The position numbers and the translations under genes are program-made. A stretch of DNA of 64,000 nt from Malacoraja senta. Its lineage: Eukaryota. A model generated the notes under the pieces. The model saw only the letters and a list, made by a program, of their open reading frames with translations, made no database searches and was not told the origin of the DNA. Below, piece after piece: positions 36,001-48,310 of the stretch. The DNA lies in NCBI GenBank assembly GCA_038087875.1, contig CM075997.1, forward strand, positions 1,924,001 through 1,988,000. Reading direction: 5' to 3'. The first letter of the stretch is position 1. Every line of letters begins with the position of its first letter.

Positions 36001-38342
36001 GTACATACTTAACAAAGGTATTTAGTGAGGTTAAGTCAATGATGATGCGACATCCACCATCTTTTTTGCTTTTGGTAAATATATTTGAGACAAATTCCAA
36101 AGGTTCATGTTTGGATTTCTCAATGACACCCTTTGTAAGTAACCTCACCAGTTCTGCTTGAGCCTCTAGTTCTCTTTGACTGAGAGGGTAAAGACCCTTT
36201 GGGGTACATGGTGAAATGGTGGCATGTTTTCTTGAATGAACTCTATTTTGTATCCCCGAATACTGTTAAGTATATAACTATCATTCGTGAGACACCTCCA
36301 TGCTTCAATGAACAGGTGTAATCTCCCCCCTGTTAGTACAGTTCCCCCATTTTTACATGCTGGTAGGAACCATACCCACCTACCTCCATAGTTATGGTAG
36401 TGTTCCTTCTTCCGTTTGTTCATCCGTCGTAGTACTGCTGGATGTACCGTTGATTGGGGGTGGCGCATTTTCCATGGGGTCCGCTCTGGGCCCTGGCCTA
36501 AAAATGCTTTCGGGGATAATATGCGGACCCCGAGCTTTCACCAGTTCCATAAATTTGACCTCGACTGGTGGACGCGGTGGGGTACTGCCGTCTGGTTTTT
36601 TGTGTGGGTCTGCTCGTTCCGGGGCCTGCCCTCATGAGGCCAAATGCTTTGGACTCTCCTCCAGGTCTTTCACTTGCCCTTCCAAATAACAGGATCTGCG
36701 GCTCTGAGGCCGGTGTTTTACACTGTCCTGCAAACCTGGGATTGAGGGCAGGTCTTATTCTCTCCTTGCGGAGGTTATCTCATATTGGGTATTGCACAGC
36801 AGAGCCAGAGTGTCTTGCTGGTTTGTGGTCATATCCACCCCATCCACGGAACGAGCATAGGCTGTTATCCCTGTCGTCAGGAGCTTGAGGATTTTAGCTC
36901 CTGGTTCCGGATACTCTGTCCCCCCCCCCCAGATTTGGCTGTTAACAGCCGGTACATTGAGCGAACTGCAGTTTTCCAGCTCTAGTGCCTCATTAAGTAC
37001 CTGCCTTGTAGGGGTTTGAGGGACAGGTGGTTAATGCTGGCCGCCAGTTTTGGCTGCAACGGCCGCCCTGCTCGTGGTGTAACCACGTAGCGAATCTCCA
37101 CACCCAGCAGCTCTTCCTGATCCTGTACCCCAAGTGTATTCCCGACATCTTCAGCCAATGACCCCTGTTCCTGACCAGCCCAGCCCTGGTCGCCAACGCT
37201 GCCCTGCTTTGAGGGGAAAGCGATGGCCAGTGCATTGTAGAGCACTGATGTGGGAGTGCCTGAGTTCCCTTGGCAAGACTGCTCCAGCTCCCGAAGCAAG
37301 TCTCGCTGGAGCATTTGCTCCATGAGCCTTTCCATGCGGCTCAGGCAGCTAGCTCTGCCGCTCTAAGGCGGAGAGCCTCCTCATCGGAGTGAGACATAAC
37401 CGGCCGGTATGTTTTGCCTTGATTTGCCTCCAGTCCGCTGCTGTTGGCCAGGCTGCGCTAGCGGGACTGGGCTCGGCTCGGTCTCGATGAGGGTGTGCCG
37501 CAGCATGTGCGGTCCAGGTGCCGCCTCTCGCCCCCCACTGATGGAACACTCCCGTTCTGTTGGAGTCAAACGGGGGGCGGTTTTCTTCCTTTGCCGTGCT
37601 GCTCATTTTCCCAGTTCCCCTGGAATACAGAGCAGAGCACAGCTTGCTGATTACGACCTCAGAGTAAAAGGCCTGTCTCACGAGTCTGCGGTCATTGGCG
37701 GCGAAACGGGAAGAATCTGCCGCCATAGACCGCGCACTCGTGAGAACGTACAATTCCCGGGCCGTGCGGCGGTGTTCCCAACACCGCGCGGTGCTAAAAT
37801 AAAATCGACAATGTCGAAAACCATATACTCACCGCACAACCTCCACGAGTGATGCACAGGTGCGGCACGGCCGCCCGCACGGTTCGCCGCCAGTGTGGCT
37901 CGAGCGCCGTGCGTCAAACCTCCACTGCCACAGCCGCCGCCAGTGAGGCACGTGTGCTGCACGGCCGCAGGCACAGCCACCGCTACAGCGCCGCGATCAG
38001 GATGGCCGCCGCCACACCCGCCGCTGGTGAGTCACGTGCGGCGGGCCGACGCCATCGCAGTCGGCCCACCCTTTTTTTTACTTACCGCAAGCACGTGGGA
38101 CCCGCCGTGTTTGAATTAACTCGGCCCCCGCGCAGCATCCGTGCGGTGCTCCGGTGGATATACTCGACGCTCTCGCCATTGCCACGCGGTCCTCGCTACC
38201 GGCGACGCCGCGCTTCACCGCCGATGACCGCAAACAGGTAAGACAGAGCCTTAAGACTTACCTGATGGTCCGCTGTTTATTTTCCACCGACGTGTAGCGG
38301 GAGCGCCTGTACTCCCGGTCGTCGCTGTTGCACTGCATGAAC
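33014..38342 (-). mobile_element. DIRS1-like tyrosine-recombinase retrotransposon (degenerate; 5' end cut by the gap)
   Basis: gag-like region about 36400-37600; RT about 35300-36150 (KKDGGCRIIIDL, SIDLKDAY, YLDD); RNase H (TDAS); methyltransferase-like IDLFASRLN/YAFPPF at 34671-34913; recombinase HSTRAAS at about 33620-33645; 79-bp ITR/ICR inverted pair at 33014-33092 and 33236-33314. Confidence 0.92.
37668..38252. mobile_element. PIF/Harbinger-like MITE nested in the DIRS leader
   Basis: AAGGCCTGTCTCAC versus GTAAGACAGAGCCTT termini with TAA flanks; GC-rich interior. Confidence 0.65.
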
Positions 38343-38542
38343 NNNNNNNNNNNNNNNNNNNNNNNNNNNNNNNNNNNNNNNNNNNNNNNNNNNNNNNNNN
38401 NNNNNNNNNNNNNNNNNNNNNNNNNNNNNNNNNNNNNNNNNNNNNNNNNNNNNNNNNNNNNNNNNNNNNNNNNNNNNNNNNNNNNNNNNNNNNNNNNNNN
38501 NNNNNNNNNNNNNNNNNNNNNNNNNNNNNNNNNNNNNNNNNN
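38343..38542. other. Assembly gap (200 N)
   Basis: Run of N; the round length suggests an unsized scaffolding join. Confidence 0.98.
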
Positions 38543-38619
38543 GCCACCAGGATGTAGACTGCCCAAGCGGAATATGAGGTGCATTTCCTCCAATTTACGG
38601 TGTTGGAATTGGAGCCTTC

Positions 38620-40190
38620 TTCCAAAATTTTAGAATTAGCTTTTTTCCAGTTATTAACCCATAGTCCATTAATTTCTTTTGAAACACATTTAGTTCTGGA
38701 TCATCTTCCGTTATTCCGAAGATAATCCATTCTGCTTTGGGTATCAGTCTTGTTTTAAATAACTTTGTAAAGATTTCAAAAATTTCATTCCAAAATTTTT
38801 GAATTTTTGTACAGAAGACAAATGAGTGCGCTATAGTTGCTTCTTGGGATTGACATTTATCACAAATAGATGATACGTTTGGGAAAATTTTATGAATTTT
38901 AGTTTTCGAATAATATAATCTGTAAAATTTTAAATTGTATTAAAGTGTGTCTTACATTAATCGAGCATTTATGCACTTTTAATAAGTATTCATTCCAACT
39001 TTCCTTTGAAATTTTAATAGCTAACTCTTGTTCCCAGTCTCTTCTGATACCCTCCGTAGATGGTATTTGTACATTTAAGATAATATTGTACAAATATGAT
39101 ATTAAGTTTGCTGATTCCGCTTTTATCTGCATTGCCTCGTCCAGTACATCTGCTGGGTTATTATAATGATCTTTTGTATATTTTTTCAAATAGTCGCATA
39201 TTTGAAAGTATTTAAAATATTGATTATTTCCGAGTTTATATTTTATTTGTAATTGTTGAAATGAAAGTAATTTTCCAGTTTCATACAAGTCACCAAGCGT
39301 TTTAATTCCTAGTCTATCCCATTGTGTATAAGCTTTATCTATAATAGAAGGACTAAACGAAGGGTTATTGACTATAGGTAATAAAAGTGATAAGTTTCTT
39401 AATTTTAAATTTTGTTTTATTTGTTTCCAAATACGGATTGTACTATGAATAATTGGGTTCTTATTATAGTTTATGTTATTCAATTTCATTGGAGAGAGGA
39501 GGATCGCTCCAATGTTTCTAGAGGAGCAATCCTCTTTCTCCATTACAATCCAGTCTACTTGCTGGGCGGAGTTATCCATCAGTTGAATCATGTTTTTAAT
39601 ATTTACTGACCAATAATAATACATAAAATTAGGTAGTGCTAGACCCCCCAATACTTTAGATTTATTCAGATGGGTTTTTTGTATTCTATGTGATTTATAG
39701 TCCCATATAAAATTAGTGATATCTGAGTCGAGTTTTTTAAAAAACTTCTTAGGTAAGTATATAGGAATTGATTGAAATAGGTATAAAATTTGTGGTAAAA
39801 AGATCATTTTTATTGCGTTTATTCGGCCTATTAAAGACATCGGGAGCGTTTTCCAGAATTTAATTAATGTATTCAGTTTATTAAGTAAGGGGTCAAAATT
39901 TGCCCTGAACATACCTTGATATGTTCTGGTAATTTCGATTCCCAAATATTTGAATTTTTCTGTAGCTATTTTAAAAGGGAATTTTAAAAGATGTGTTGAA
40001 TCTTTCGGTTTTATTGACATAATTTCACTTTTATTCCAATTTATTCTATATCCAGAAAAAGATCCGAAGTCTTCAATTAAATTTAATATATTTGGTATAG
40101 TGATTTGAGGTTTTGTAATATACAATAATATATCATCCGCGTATAAAGATATTTTATTATATGAGTCTTTAGTATTATATCCATGACCCT
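38620..40190 (-). mobile_element. L1-clade LINE ORF2 fragment (RT C-terminal half plus CCHC zinc finger)
   Basis: YADDILLY, FSGYRINWNKS, FKYLG, GRINAIKM and GGLALPN in and just upstream of ORF 38899-40125; downstream CDKC..H...C knuckle in a shifted frame. Confidence 0.88.
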
Positions 40191-40221
40191 TTGTGTCTTT
40201 TTAACAGACAGGTTGATACAG

Positions 40222-40535
40222 GTTTAGTTTATAGTTTAGAAAGATACAGCACGGATACAATCCCTTTGTCCCACCGAGTCTGCACCGATCAGCGATCCCC
40301 CCACATTAACACTATCCTACACACACTAGGGACAATTTACATTTATACCAAGCCAATTAACCTACACATCTGTACGTATTTGGAATGTGGGAGGAAACCA
40401 AAGATCTCGGAGAAACCCACGCTGGACACATGGAGAACGTACAAACTCCTTACAGACAGCACCCATAGTCAGGATCAAATCCAGGTTTACGGCGCTGTAA
40501 GGCAGCAACCCTACCGCTGCGCCACCGTGCCGCCC
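40222..40535 (-). mobile_element. tRNA-derived V-SINE (HE1-like)
   Basis: Reverse-complement full-length copy. Confidence 0.85.
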
Positions 40536-40722
40536 TTGAAGGGGAAGCTTCCAAATGACCTCCCTTCAATAACAGTATTAGATACAGGTACATTCCTCAA
40601 ATGGCAACCTGCCTTTGGGAAACATAGTTCCAAATCCCAGCCAGAGCTATTGCTGGTGACCAAAGCTGTGTGGGAGTTATGAGCATCTCAGAGAACCTGA
40701 TTGACTGAACTTTGCTTTGCAG

Positions 40723-40924
40723 ATTCGCGGTGGACTTTATGTGCAGCAACTCCAAATATTCGGACGTTGCTTTTCACTTCAACGTGCGTTACGATCAATC
40801 CACCGTGGTCTGCAACACGTTGGAGAATGGCGGATGGGGACGTGAAGAGACAAAGTGCCACATTCCCATCAATGCCGGATCCTACTTCGAGCTCATCATT
40901 AAATCATGCAATTATTGTTTCCAG
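40723..40924 (+). CDS. lgals9: Galectin B N-CRD binding exon
   Basis: ctttgcag|ATTCGC...TTCCAG|gtatga; FAVDFMCSNSKYSDVAFHFNVRYDQSTVVCNTLENGGWGREETKCHIPINAGSYFELIIKSCNYCFQ. Confidence 0.95.
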
Positions 40925-40999
40925 GTATGAAGGCTGGCTTCAGTTATAGTCGCACGCTAACCTTGGCCTGAAAAACTGTAACCTAGAGGATTAAATTTA

Positions 41000-41762
41000 G
41001 CTTCATTATTATCGTCATATGCACCGAGATACAGTGAAAATGTTTTGTTTGTGTGCTGTTCCATCAAATCCAATAATACTACACATGAGTACAATCATGC
41101 CAAACACATGTATAATAGGTGGAGCAAGGAAAAAATACTAGGATGCACAATATACTTTCTCAGCATTGAAGCATCACAGTTTCAGCAAATAAGTCCTATG
41201 TTCACAATGAAGTAGGTTGAAGAATCAAGACTATCCTACGAAAGAACCATTCTGAAGCCTCTGATAACAAGAGGAGAAGAAGCTGTTCCTGAGTCTGGTG
41301 GGACGCACTTTAAGCTTCTGTATCTTCTGCCTGATAGGAGTGGGGAGAAGAGGGGATGATCTGGGTGGGAAAGGACCTTGATTATGTTGGCTGCTTTCCA
41401 GAGGTAGCAAGAAGTGTAGAAAGAGTCAATGGTGGGGAGTCTGGTCTGTGTGATGGAATGAGCTACATCTGTAATTCTCTGCAATTTCTTGGGCACAGCT
41501 GTTCCCAAACCAAGCTATGATGCAACCCCAAGTATGCTTTCTATGATGCATCTGTAGACATTTGTCAGAGTCATTGCAGACATGCTGAATTTCCTCAATC
41601 TCTACAGGAAGTGGAGGCATCAATGTGCTTTTTTTGACTCACAACCATTTCCACTTCAGCACCCTTTGATGCTGATGACTCCACCAGCCTTCCTGAAGTC
41701 AATAACTAGCTCCTTCATCGTACTGATGTTGGGGGAGAAGATATTGTCTGGACAACACTTGA
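41000..41762 (-). mobile_element. Rex1-like LINE 3' fragment
   Basis: KKLQRI...KAANIIK...LLSGRRYRSL motif; related copies at 2600-2968, 14265-14640, 32080-32570 and 48890-49716. Confidence 0.7.
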
Positions 41763-42727
41763 CCAGAAAGCTACAAGGCCACTAGATCATGAAGAAGGGT
41801 CTCGACCCGAAACGTCACCCATTCCTTCTCTCCAGAGATGTTGCCTGTCCCGCTGAGTTAATCCAGCATTTTGTGTCCACCTTCAATTTAGTTTTGAAAA
41901 GAAAATTGGAAGTGAGCCAGAGTTGACTGGTCATCAGGATTTAACCATTCTTTTCAGAAAGAGTCGGTTCTGTTTTCATTGGCTTGGGAAGGTGGGCCAG
42001 TGAGGAGGGACTTGCTGGCTGACCAATGATGAGATGGTGAGCGATTCAGGGGGTCACAAGAATAATGTATCCAATCAGAATTGGCAACTAAACCACCAAG
42101 GGAACATGGGACCTCAGTACATTTGAACATTTAGATCATCACCATCAACACGGGGCTAATATTGATGGGCATCTTTGCCAAGTTGGGCCAAAGGGCATTT
42201 TACCTTGCTATATGACTTTATAACTCGAAACCATACTTACAGTGTAAAAATAAGCCATTCGGCCCATTGGGTCTACGCAAGCTCTCAGGGCAAACCCCCA
42301 TTAATATAATTTGTTCAGAGATATTTCTTACACTTATTTCCATGTATCAATTCCCTCTCACATTCCCAGCACCCAAATTCTCCCCCTCATCTACTCACTC
42401 GGGGCCAACTAACTTACTGACCCAAACCTCTTTGGAATGCCGGAGGAAATCAGAGGGAGATTGTGGGTGGATGGAGATGTACTGGATGGAATTACAACCA
42501 TTGAACCACTGAGTTAGTCTAATACTACCACCCTTTCCTTCAATCCTGAATCTGGGAAGTGGAATGTAAGCCTTGTGTATGGAGTAAGGGAAGCTCCTGA
42601 ATTCTGGGGGGAATAATTCATTGTAATTGGGTAGTTGATGGTCGGCATTGACTCAATGGGCCTGTTTTCATGCGGTTTGACTCCTGGCTTTTTTTCTAAG
42701 TAACACGGATGTTCTCTTCTTCCACAG

Positions 42728-42847
42728 GTCTCTGTGGACGGTCAGCATTTCCTGGAGTACAGACACAGGTTGCCCTTGATGAGAGTCGACACCCTGAAAA
42801 TTTCCGCAGATGTTCATGTGAATGCCATCACCTTCAAAGAACCAGAC
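42728..42847 (+). CDS. lgals9: Galectin B N-CRD last exon
   Basis: ttccacag|GTCTCT...CCAGAC|gtgggt; VSVDGQHFLEYRHRLPLMRVDTLKISADVHVNAITFKEPD. Confidence 0.93.
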
Positions 42848-43021
42848 GTGGGTATTATACTGTTTACTTACCGAGCCCAAGCCCAGTGTGGAAGGGCAGA
42901 GACTGAGGCAACCAGGCATCCCCCCCTTCCCTCCGACATGGACATGGAGCGATCTCCGGCCCACTTTTTTTTGCTAAACATCTATTTGCTTCGGGTGTTT
43001 TTAAAATTTATTTCCCCCTTA

Positions 43022-43291
<270 letters not shown>

Positions 43292-43578
43292 TCATTTGTC
43301 CATAGTACCGTCTATAATCTCTTGTTCCTCTTTCCCCTGACTCAGTCTGAAGAAGGGTCTCGACCCGAAATATCACCTATTCCACTCTATGATCGTTGCG
43401 TTCGTCCGTCTGTCCGCTCATTCGCTCGCCCTTGGATTAAGTAGCGCAGGATAAAGCTGCGAATTCACGCACAGGATGGAAACTGGAAACTAGGGGAACG
43501 GCGTCCCCCCGCGTACCCCCCCCCCCCAATTTACATCACTGGGTGTAAGTACTAACATTTTATGTTATTGTTTTACAG

Positions 43579-43611
43579 AGCACACCTGCCCAAGTGACTG
43601 TGTCTAATCCA
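43579..43611 (+). CDS. lgals9: Galectin B linker exon (STPAQVTVSNP)
   Basis: ttttacag|AGCACA...AATCCA|gtaagt; 33 nt; supplies the NP before VPY of the C-CRD. Confidence 0.82.
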
Positions 43612-45108
43612 GTAAGTATTTGTTCAAGAAAGAACTGCAGATCAGAATCAGAATCACACTTTATTCGCCAAATATGTTTTGCAACATACGAGGAATTTCA
43701 TTGGCCAGGTCAGTCATACAATTAAAAGCAACAAATCACTCAAAAACACATTTTAACATGAACATCCACCACAGTGACTCCTACACATTCCTCACTGTGA
43801 TGGAAGGCGAAAGAAAGATTCAAGTCCTTCCTCGGTCGGGGGCCTCGAGCCCTCCGTTGACGGGATGATCTTGACTCCCGTAGCCGTCAGCGTTCGGGCC
43901 CTCTGCGTCGAGGCGATCAAGCTCCCGCATTGGGGGGATTGTCAGCTCCCCCGCGCAGGACGATCGAACCTCGCGTCGGGGCTGGCCGAGCCTTCCGCGG
44001 AGCTCCCGACTAGCCTCACCCGAGACTGCGAGCCCTTGTTGGTAAGTCCACGGTGGTCGCGGTGGGAGCGATCCCAGGCAAGGGATCCGCTCCGATGTTA
44101 AGTCCGCGCCCCGCGGTGGGGCTCACGACAGTCCGAGGAGGCTTCCAGCTCCATCCATAATCGGCCGCAGAGCCCAGAGAATGTGATCCGAAAATTGATC
44201 ACATCTCCGGGAAGGTAAGAACTTGAAAAAAAGTTTCCCCCGATCCCCCTCCCCTATCCCCCCACATAAAACATACCAAAGAACATTAAAACAAAACTTT
44301 TAACAAACTAAAAATAACAAAAAGAAAGAAAAAACGAACAGACTGCCGGCAGGGCTGCCATCTCCCCGACGCCCCTGGTGGTCTTTTGATGCTGGTAAAA
44401 TCGAAGGTAGACACAGAATGCTGGAGAAACTCAGCGAGTGAGGCAGCATCTATGGAGAGAAGGAATAGGTGACGTTTCGGGGACCAGTGGGAGAACTGGG
44501 AAGGGGGAGGGGATGGAGAGAGAGCAAGGGCTACCTGAAGAGGTTCTAATAGTACCACTCGTTCTGTTCTACCACATTTGCCATTGTTTATTTGTTTCCT
44601 CATCATTTTCTCCCACCCATTTAATTTTATGCCAACATATAACCTACAAACACCCCCTCCCCCCCCTTTTTCCCCTTCTCATCCCTGTGCCCCATTTGGA
44701 TGCGCATCATTTCTCCCTTTCCCTCTCCCTCCGTTCCCTTCCACCTAGAGTCCTGTCTCTGGCTTCACACTTCATGCCTCTTCTGTCCTTATCTTCTAAA
44801 CTCACACTTTGTCTTTTTGACACAATCATAGGGAAAACATGCAAACTCCACAAGGACAGCTCCCAAGATCAGGATTGAAATCATGTCTCTGGTGTCGAGA
44901 GGCATCAGCGCTAACTGCCACACCACTGTGTCGCTACATTTTATATGAATGATCGCACATCATTTATGAACACACATCCTCTCAACGATATGTGATTAAC
45001 TCTCTCCCTGGTCCCAGCTCTCCGTATTGCTGTCATCTCCAGCCCTACAGGCTTCAGCTGTCCGCAGTGTTGAGCTCATTCTGATGGATGTCTCGGGTCA
45101 TTCCTTAG

Positions 45109-45194
45109 GTTGTTCCGTACAAGGCCTATATCGGAGCCATCCGTCCACAGCAGCTGATAAAGATTGTTGGGACTGTGAACACCAATCCTAATAT
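45109..45194 (+). CDS. lgals9: Galectin B C-CRD exon 1 (VVPYKAYIGAIRPQQLIKIVGTVNTNPN)
   Basis: ttccttag|GTTGTT...AATAT|gtaagt; 86 nt, phase 0-2. Confidence 0.87.
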
Positions 45195-45479
45195 GTAAGT
45201 TCTGACAAGTGTCTTCATATTCTCTCTCTCTCTCTCTCTCTTTCTCGATTGTCTTTATTTAAACCCTTGTATAATTCTGCTTGAATAATCACCATCTCAC
45301 CCATATGGGCAGGCTTGGAGATTAGGAGAGGCATCTGACGACTTCTTGTCTACTTCTATCAAATCTTTCTGTAAAGTGGTGACCAGGATGAGTTTATTTA
45401 AAGTGTGTAAGAATTTCTTCTCACAGAGGGTGATGAATGTCCGGAGGTTTTTACCCAGGAGGTTGCGAAGGTTAGATTC

Positions 45480-46935
45480 TTGGAGGTGTTTAAAAAGGAG
45501 ATGGATACCAAACGATTGATGAGGGCAGAGCTGTAGGTTGTATATGTGGATTTCAGCAAGGCATTTGACAAGGTTCGAGATGGGACGGTGCTCTGGAAGG
45601 TTAGATCGCATGGGATTCAAGGAGAGGCTAGCTGACTGGATGAAAAAATTGGCATCATGGAAGGAAGCAGATGGTCATGGTGGAAGTTTGCTTTTCAGAC
45701 TGTAGGCCTGTGACTCATGGTGTGCCTCAGGGTTCGGTGCTGGGCCCATTACTGTGTGTCTTCTATATAAATGATTTAAATGAGAACATTCAAGGCATGA
45801 TTAGTAAGTTTACAGATATGGGTGGGTGGTAGATAGTGAAGATTATTGTCAAAATTGCAGCAAGATCTTGATCACGAAGGCTGAGGAATAGTTAATGGAA
45901 TTTAATACAGAAAAATGCAAGGTGTTGCCTTTTTGGAAGTCCAACAATGATAGGATCTACACTGTGAATGGCAAGGCTCTGGTGAGTGTAATGGAGCAGA
46001 AGGGGTGGAGAGGCAGTACGAGTGCAGGTACATAGTTCCTTGAAAATACATCACAGGTAGATAGGGTGGTCAATAGGCTTTTGGCACATTGGCCTTCATC
46101 ATTCAGAGTATTGAGTATAGAAGTTGGGAGGTCATGTTATGCTTATATAAGACATTGAGGCCACATTTAGAGTATTCGGTTCAGTTTTGGGCACCATGTC
46201 ATAGGAAAGATGTTGCCAAGCTGGAAAAGGAGCAGAGAAGATTTAATAGAATGTTGTCAGGACTCGTGGGCCTGAGCTACAGGGAAAGATTGGGCAGGCC
46301 AGGACTTTATTTTTTGCAGCACAGGAGGATGAGGGGTGATCTTACAGAAATGTACAAGATCATGAGAGGAATAGATGAGGTAAATGCAGAGTCTTTTGCC
46401 CCAAGTAGGAATCGAGACGCAGAGAACAGAGGGGGAAGGGGAGGGGGAAAGATATAATAGGGACCTGAGGGGTAGCTTTTTTACACAAATGGTCGTGGGT
46501 ATATGGAACATGCGGCTGGAGGAGGTAGTTGAGGCAGGTACTATCATAACCTTGTAGTAATGCACTCGCTGGGAATAAAACTATCTATATTGGCAAATAT
46601 AACTGTTAAACAAACGTGTGCTAAGTGAGAGCTCTGGCAAAGTCTCTGCTGCTGCTGTAGGACACACCTGTGGACTGGTGATGATCTTCCCTCGCAAACT
46701 CCCGCCAAACTCAGTCACGTGACTATTCCACCTCTACAGACGAGGATTCGATCCATAAGTGGCTCAACCACCAGATGGCGCCATAACGTTTAAGAGACAT
46801 TTAGACAGGTACATGGATAGGATATGTTTAGAGGGATATGGGCCAAACGCAAGCAGGTGGGACTTGTTGATGAGGCATGTTGGTTGGCGTGGGCAGTTTG
46901 GGCCGAAGGGCCTGTTCCCACACTGTATGACTCTC
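45480..46935 (+). mobile_element. Degenerate CR1 LINE RT fragment interrupted by a ~230-bp insertion
   Basis: DFSKAFDKV, GVPQGSVLGP and RPHLEYSVQFW across frameshifts; unrelated insert at about 46553-46785. Confidence 0.85.
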
Positions 46936-47072
46936 TTCCCTCCAGTCCCTCTCTCAATTCCTCTCATGCCTCCTCACATCTCCTATGACTCTGTGATTCT
47001 ATACATTTTTGAAAGATTGGGGTACTGAGGGCACAAAATGCACGATGAAGCAATAAAAATACAAATGGATTA

Positions 47073-47540
47073 TTAAGGTAGACAAAAATGCTGGAGAAAC
47101 TCAGCGGGTGAGGCAACATCTATGGAGTGAAGGAATAGGCGACGTTTCGGGTCGAGACCCTTCTTCAGACTGATGTTGGGGCGGGGGGGGGGAGCCAGTA
47201 AGAGAAAGGAAGAGGCGGAAACAGTAGGCTGTGGGAGAGCTGGGAAGGGGAGGGGAAGGAGGGAGAAAGCAAGGGCTACCTGAAATTGGAGGTCAATGTT
47301 GGGGTGTAAACTCGCCAAGCGAAATATGAGGTGCTGCTCTTCCAATTTGCGGTGGGACTCACTCTGGCCATGGAGGAGGCCCAGGACAAAAAGGTCGGAT
47401 TTGGAATGGGAGGGGGAGTTGAAGTGCTGAGCCACCGGGAGATAAGGTTGGTTATTGTGAAGTGAGCGGAGGTGTTGGGCGAAGCGATCGCCAAGCCTGT
47501 GCTTGGTTTCACTGATGTAGAGCAGTTGACACCTGGAACA
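47073..47540 (-). mobile_element. Penelope-like element 3' fragment (GIY-YIG endonuclease C-terminus plus terminal repeat)
   Basis: Frameshifted YISETKHRLGDRFAQHLRS...AQHFNSPSHS...KLEEQHLIFRLASLHP, followed directly by the CTGAAGAAGGGTCTCGACCCGAAACGTC repeat. Confidence 0.85.
47141..47168 (-). ncRNA. Minimal hammerhead ribozyme motif of a Penelope-like element
   Basis: CUGAAGA, then a-GGGUC-uc-GACCC stem II, then GAAAC-GUC; matches the CUGANGA...GAAA...NUH core. Confidence 0.62.
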
Positions 47541-47565
47541 AATGTCTAATAGAACAAATTACTAA

Positions 47566-47832
<267 letters not shown>

Positions 47833-47990
47833 TAGATAAGGCGGCTGCCCTCGAGTCAGCAGCTTTTACCCTGGTAACACTGTTGTTGACTATTTCCAGC
47901 TCGGGAAAGATATCCAGAGTGTGGTAACCGTATCCTTACGGTATTTAACGTGAAACGGTGGTCCTTTTGCAATTGAATCACAAATAAAAA

Positions 47991-48310
47991 GGGCATCACA
48001 CTGGTGCAGCTAGTAGAGCTGCTGCCTCACAGCACCGAAGATCTGGGTTCTATCCCGACCTCAGGTGCTATCCATGCGGAGTTTGCACATTATCCCTTTA
48101 ACCTCGTGGGTTTCTTCTGGGTGCTCTGGTTTCCCCCCGCATCCCAAGTAATATGTGTTTGTAGATTAATTGATATCTGTAAATTGCCCCGTGTGTGTGT
48201 CTAGGAAGTGGATGAGAGAGTGAGATAACATAGAACTGGTGTGAACGGGTGATCGATGGTTGGCATGGACTCAGAGGGGCTGTTTCCATGCTGTATCTCT
48301 GAACCAAACT
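47991..48310 (+). mobile_element. Older tRNA-derived V-SINE
   Basis: Diverged head and core of the same family. Confidence 0.75.

Noticed and set aside
38251..38633. ORFs containing long X runs
   Set aside because: Artefacts of translating across the N gap.
46553..46787. Insert in CR1 resembling a solo LTR
   Set aside because: Termini are only partly TG...CA and the TSD is ambiguous; no second copy in the window.
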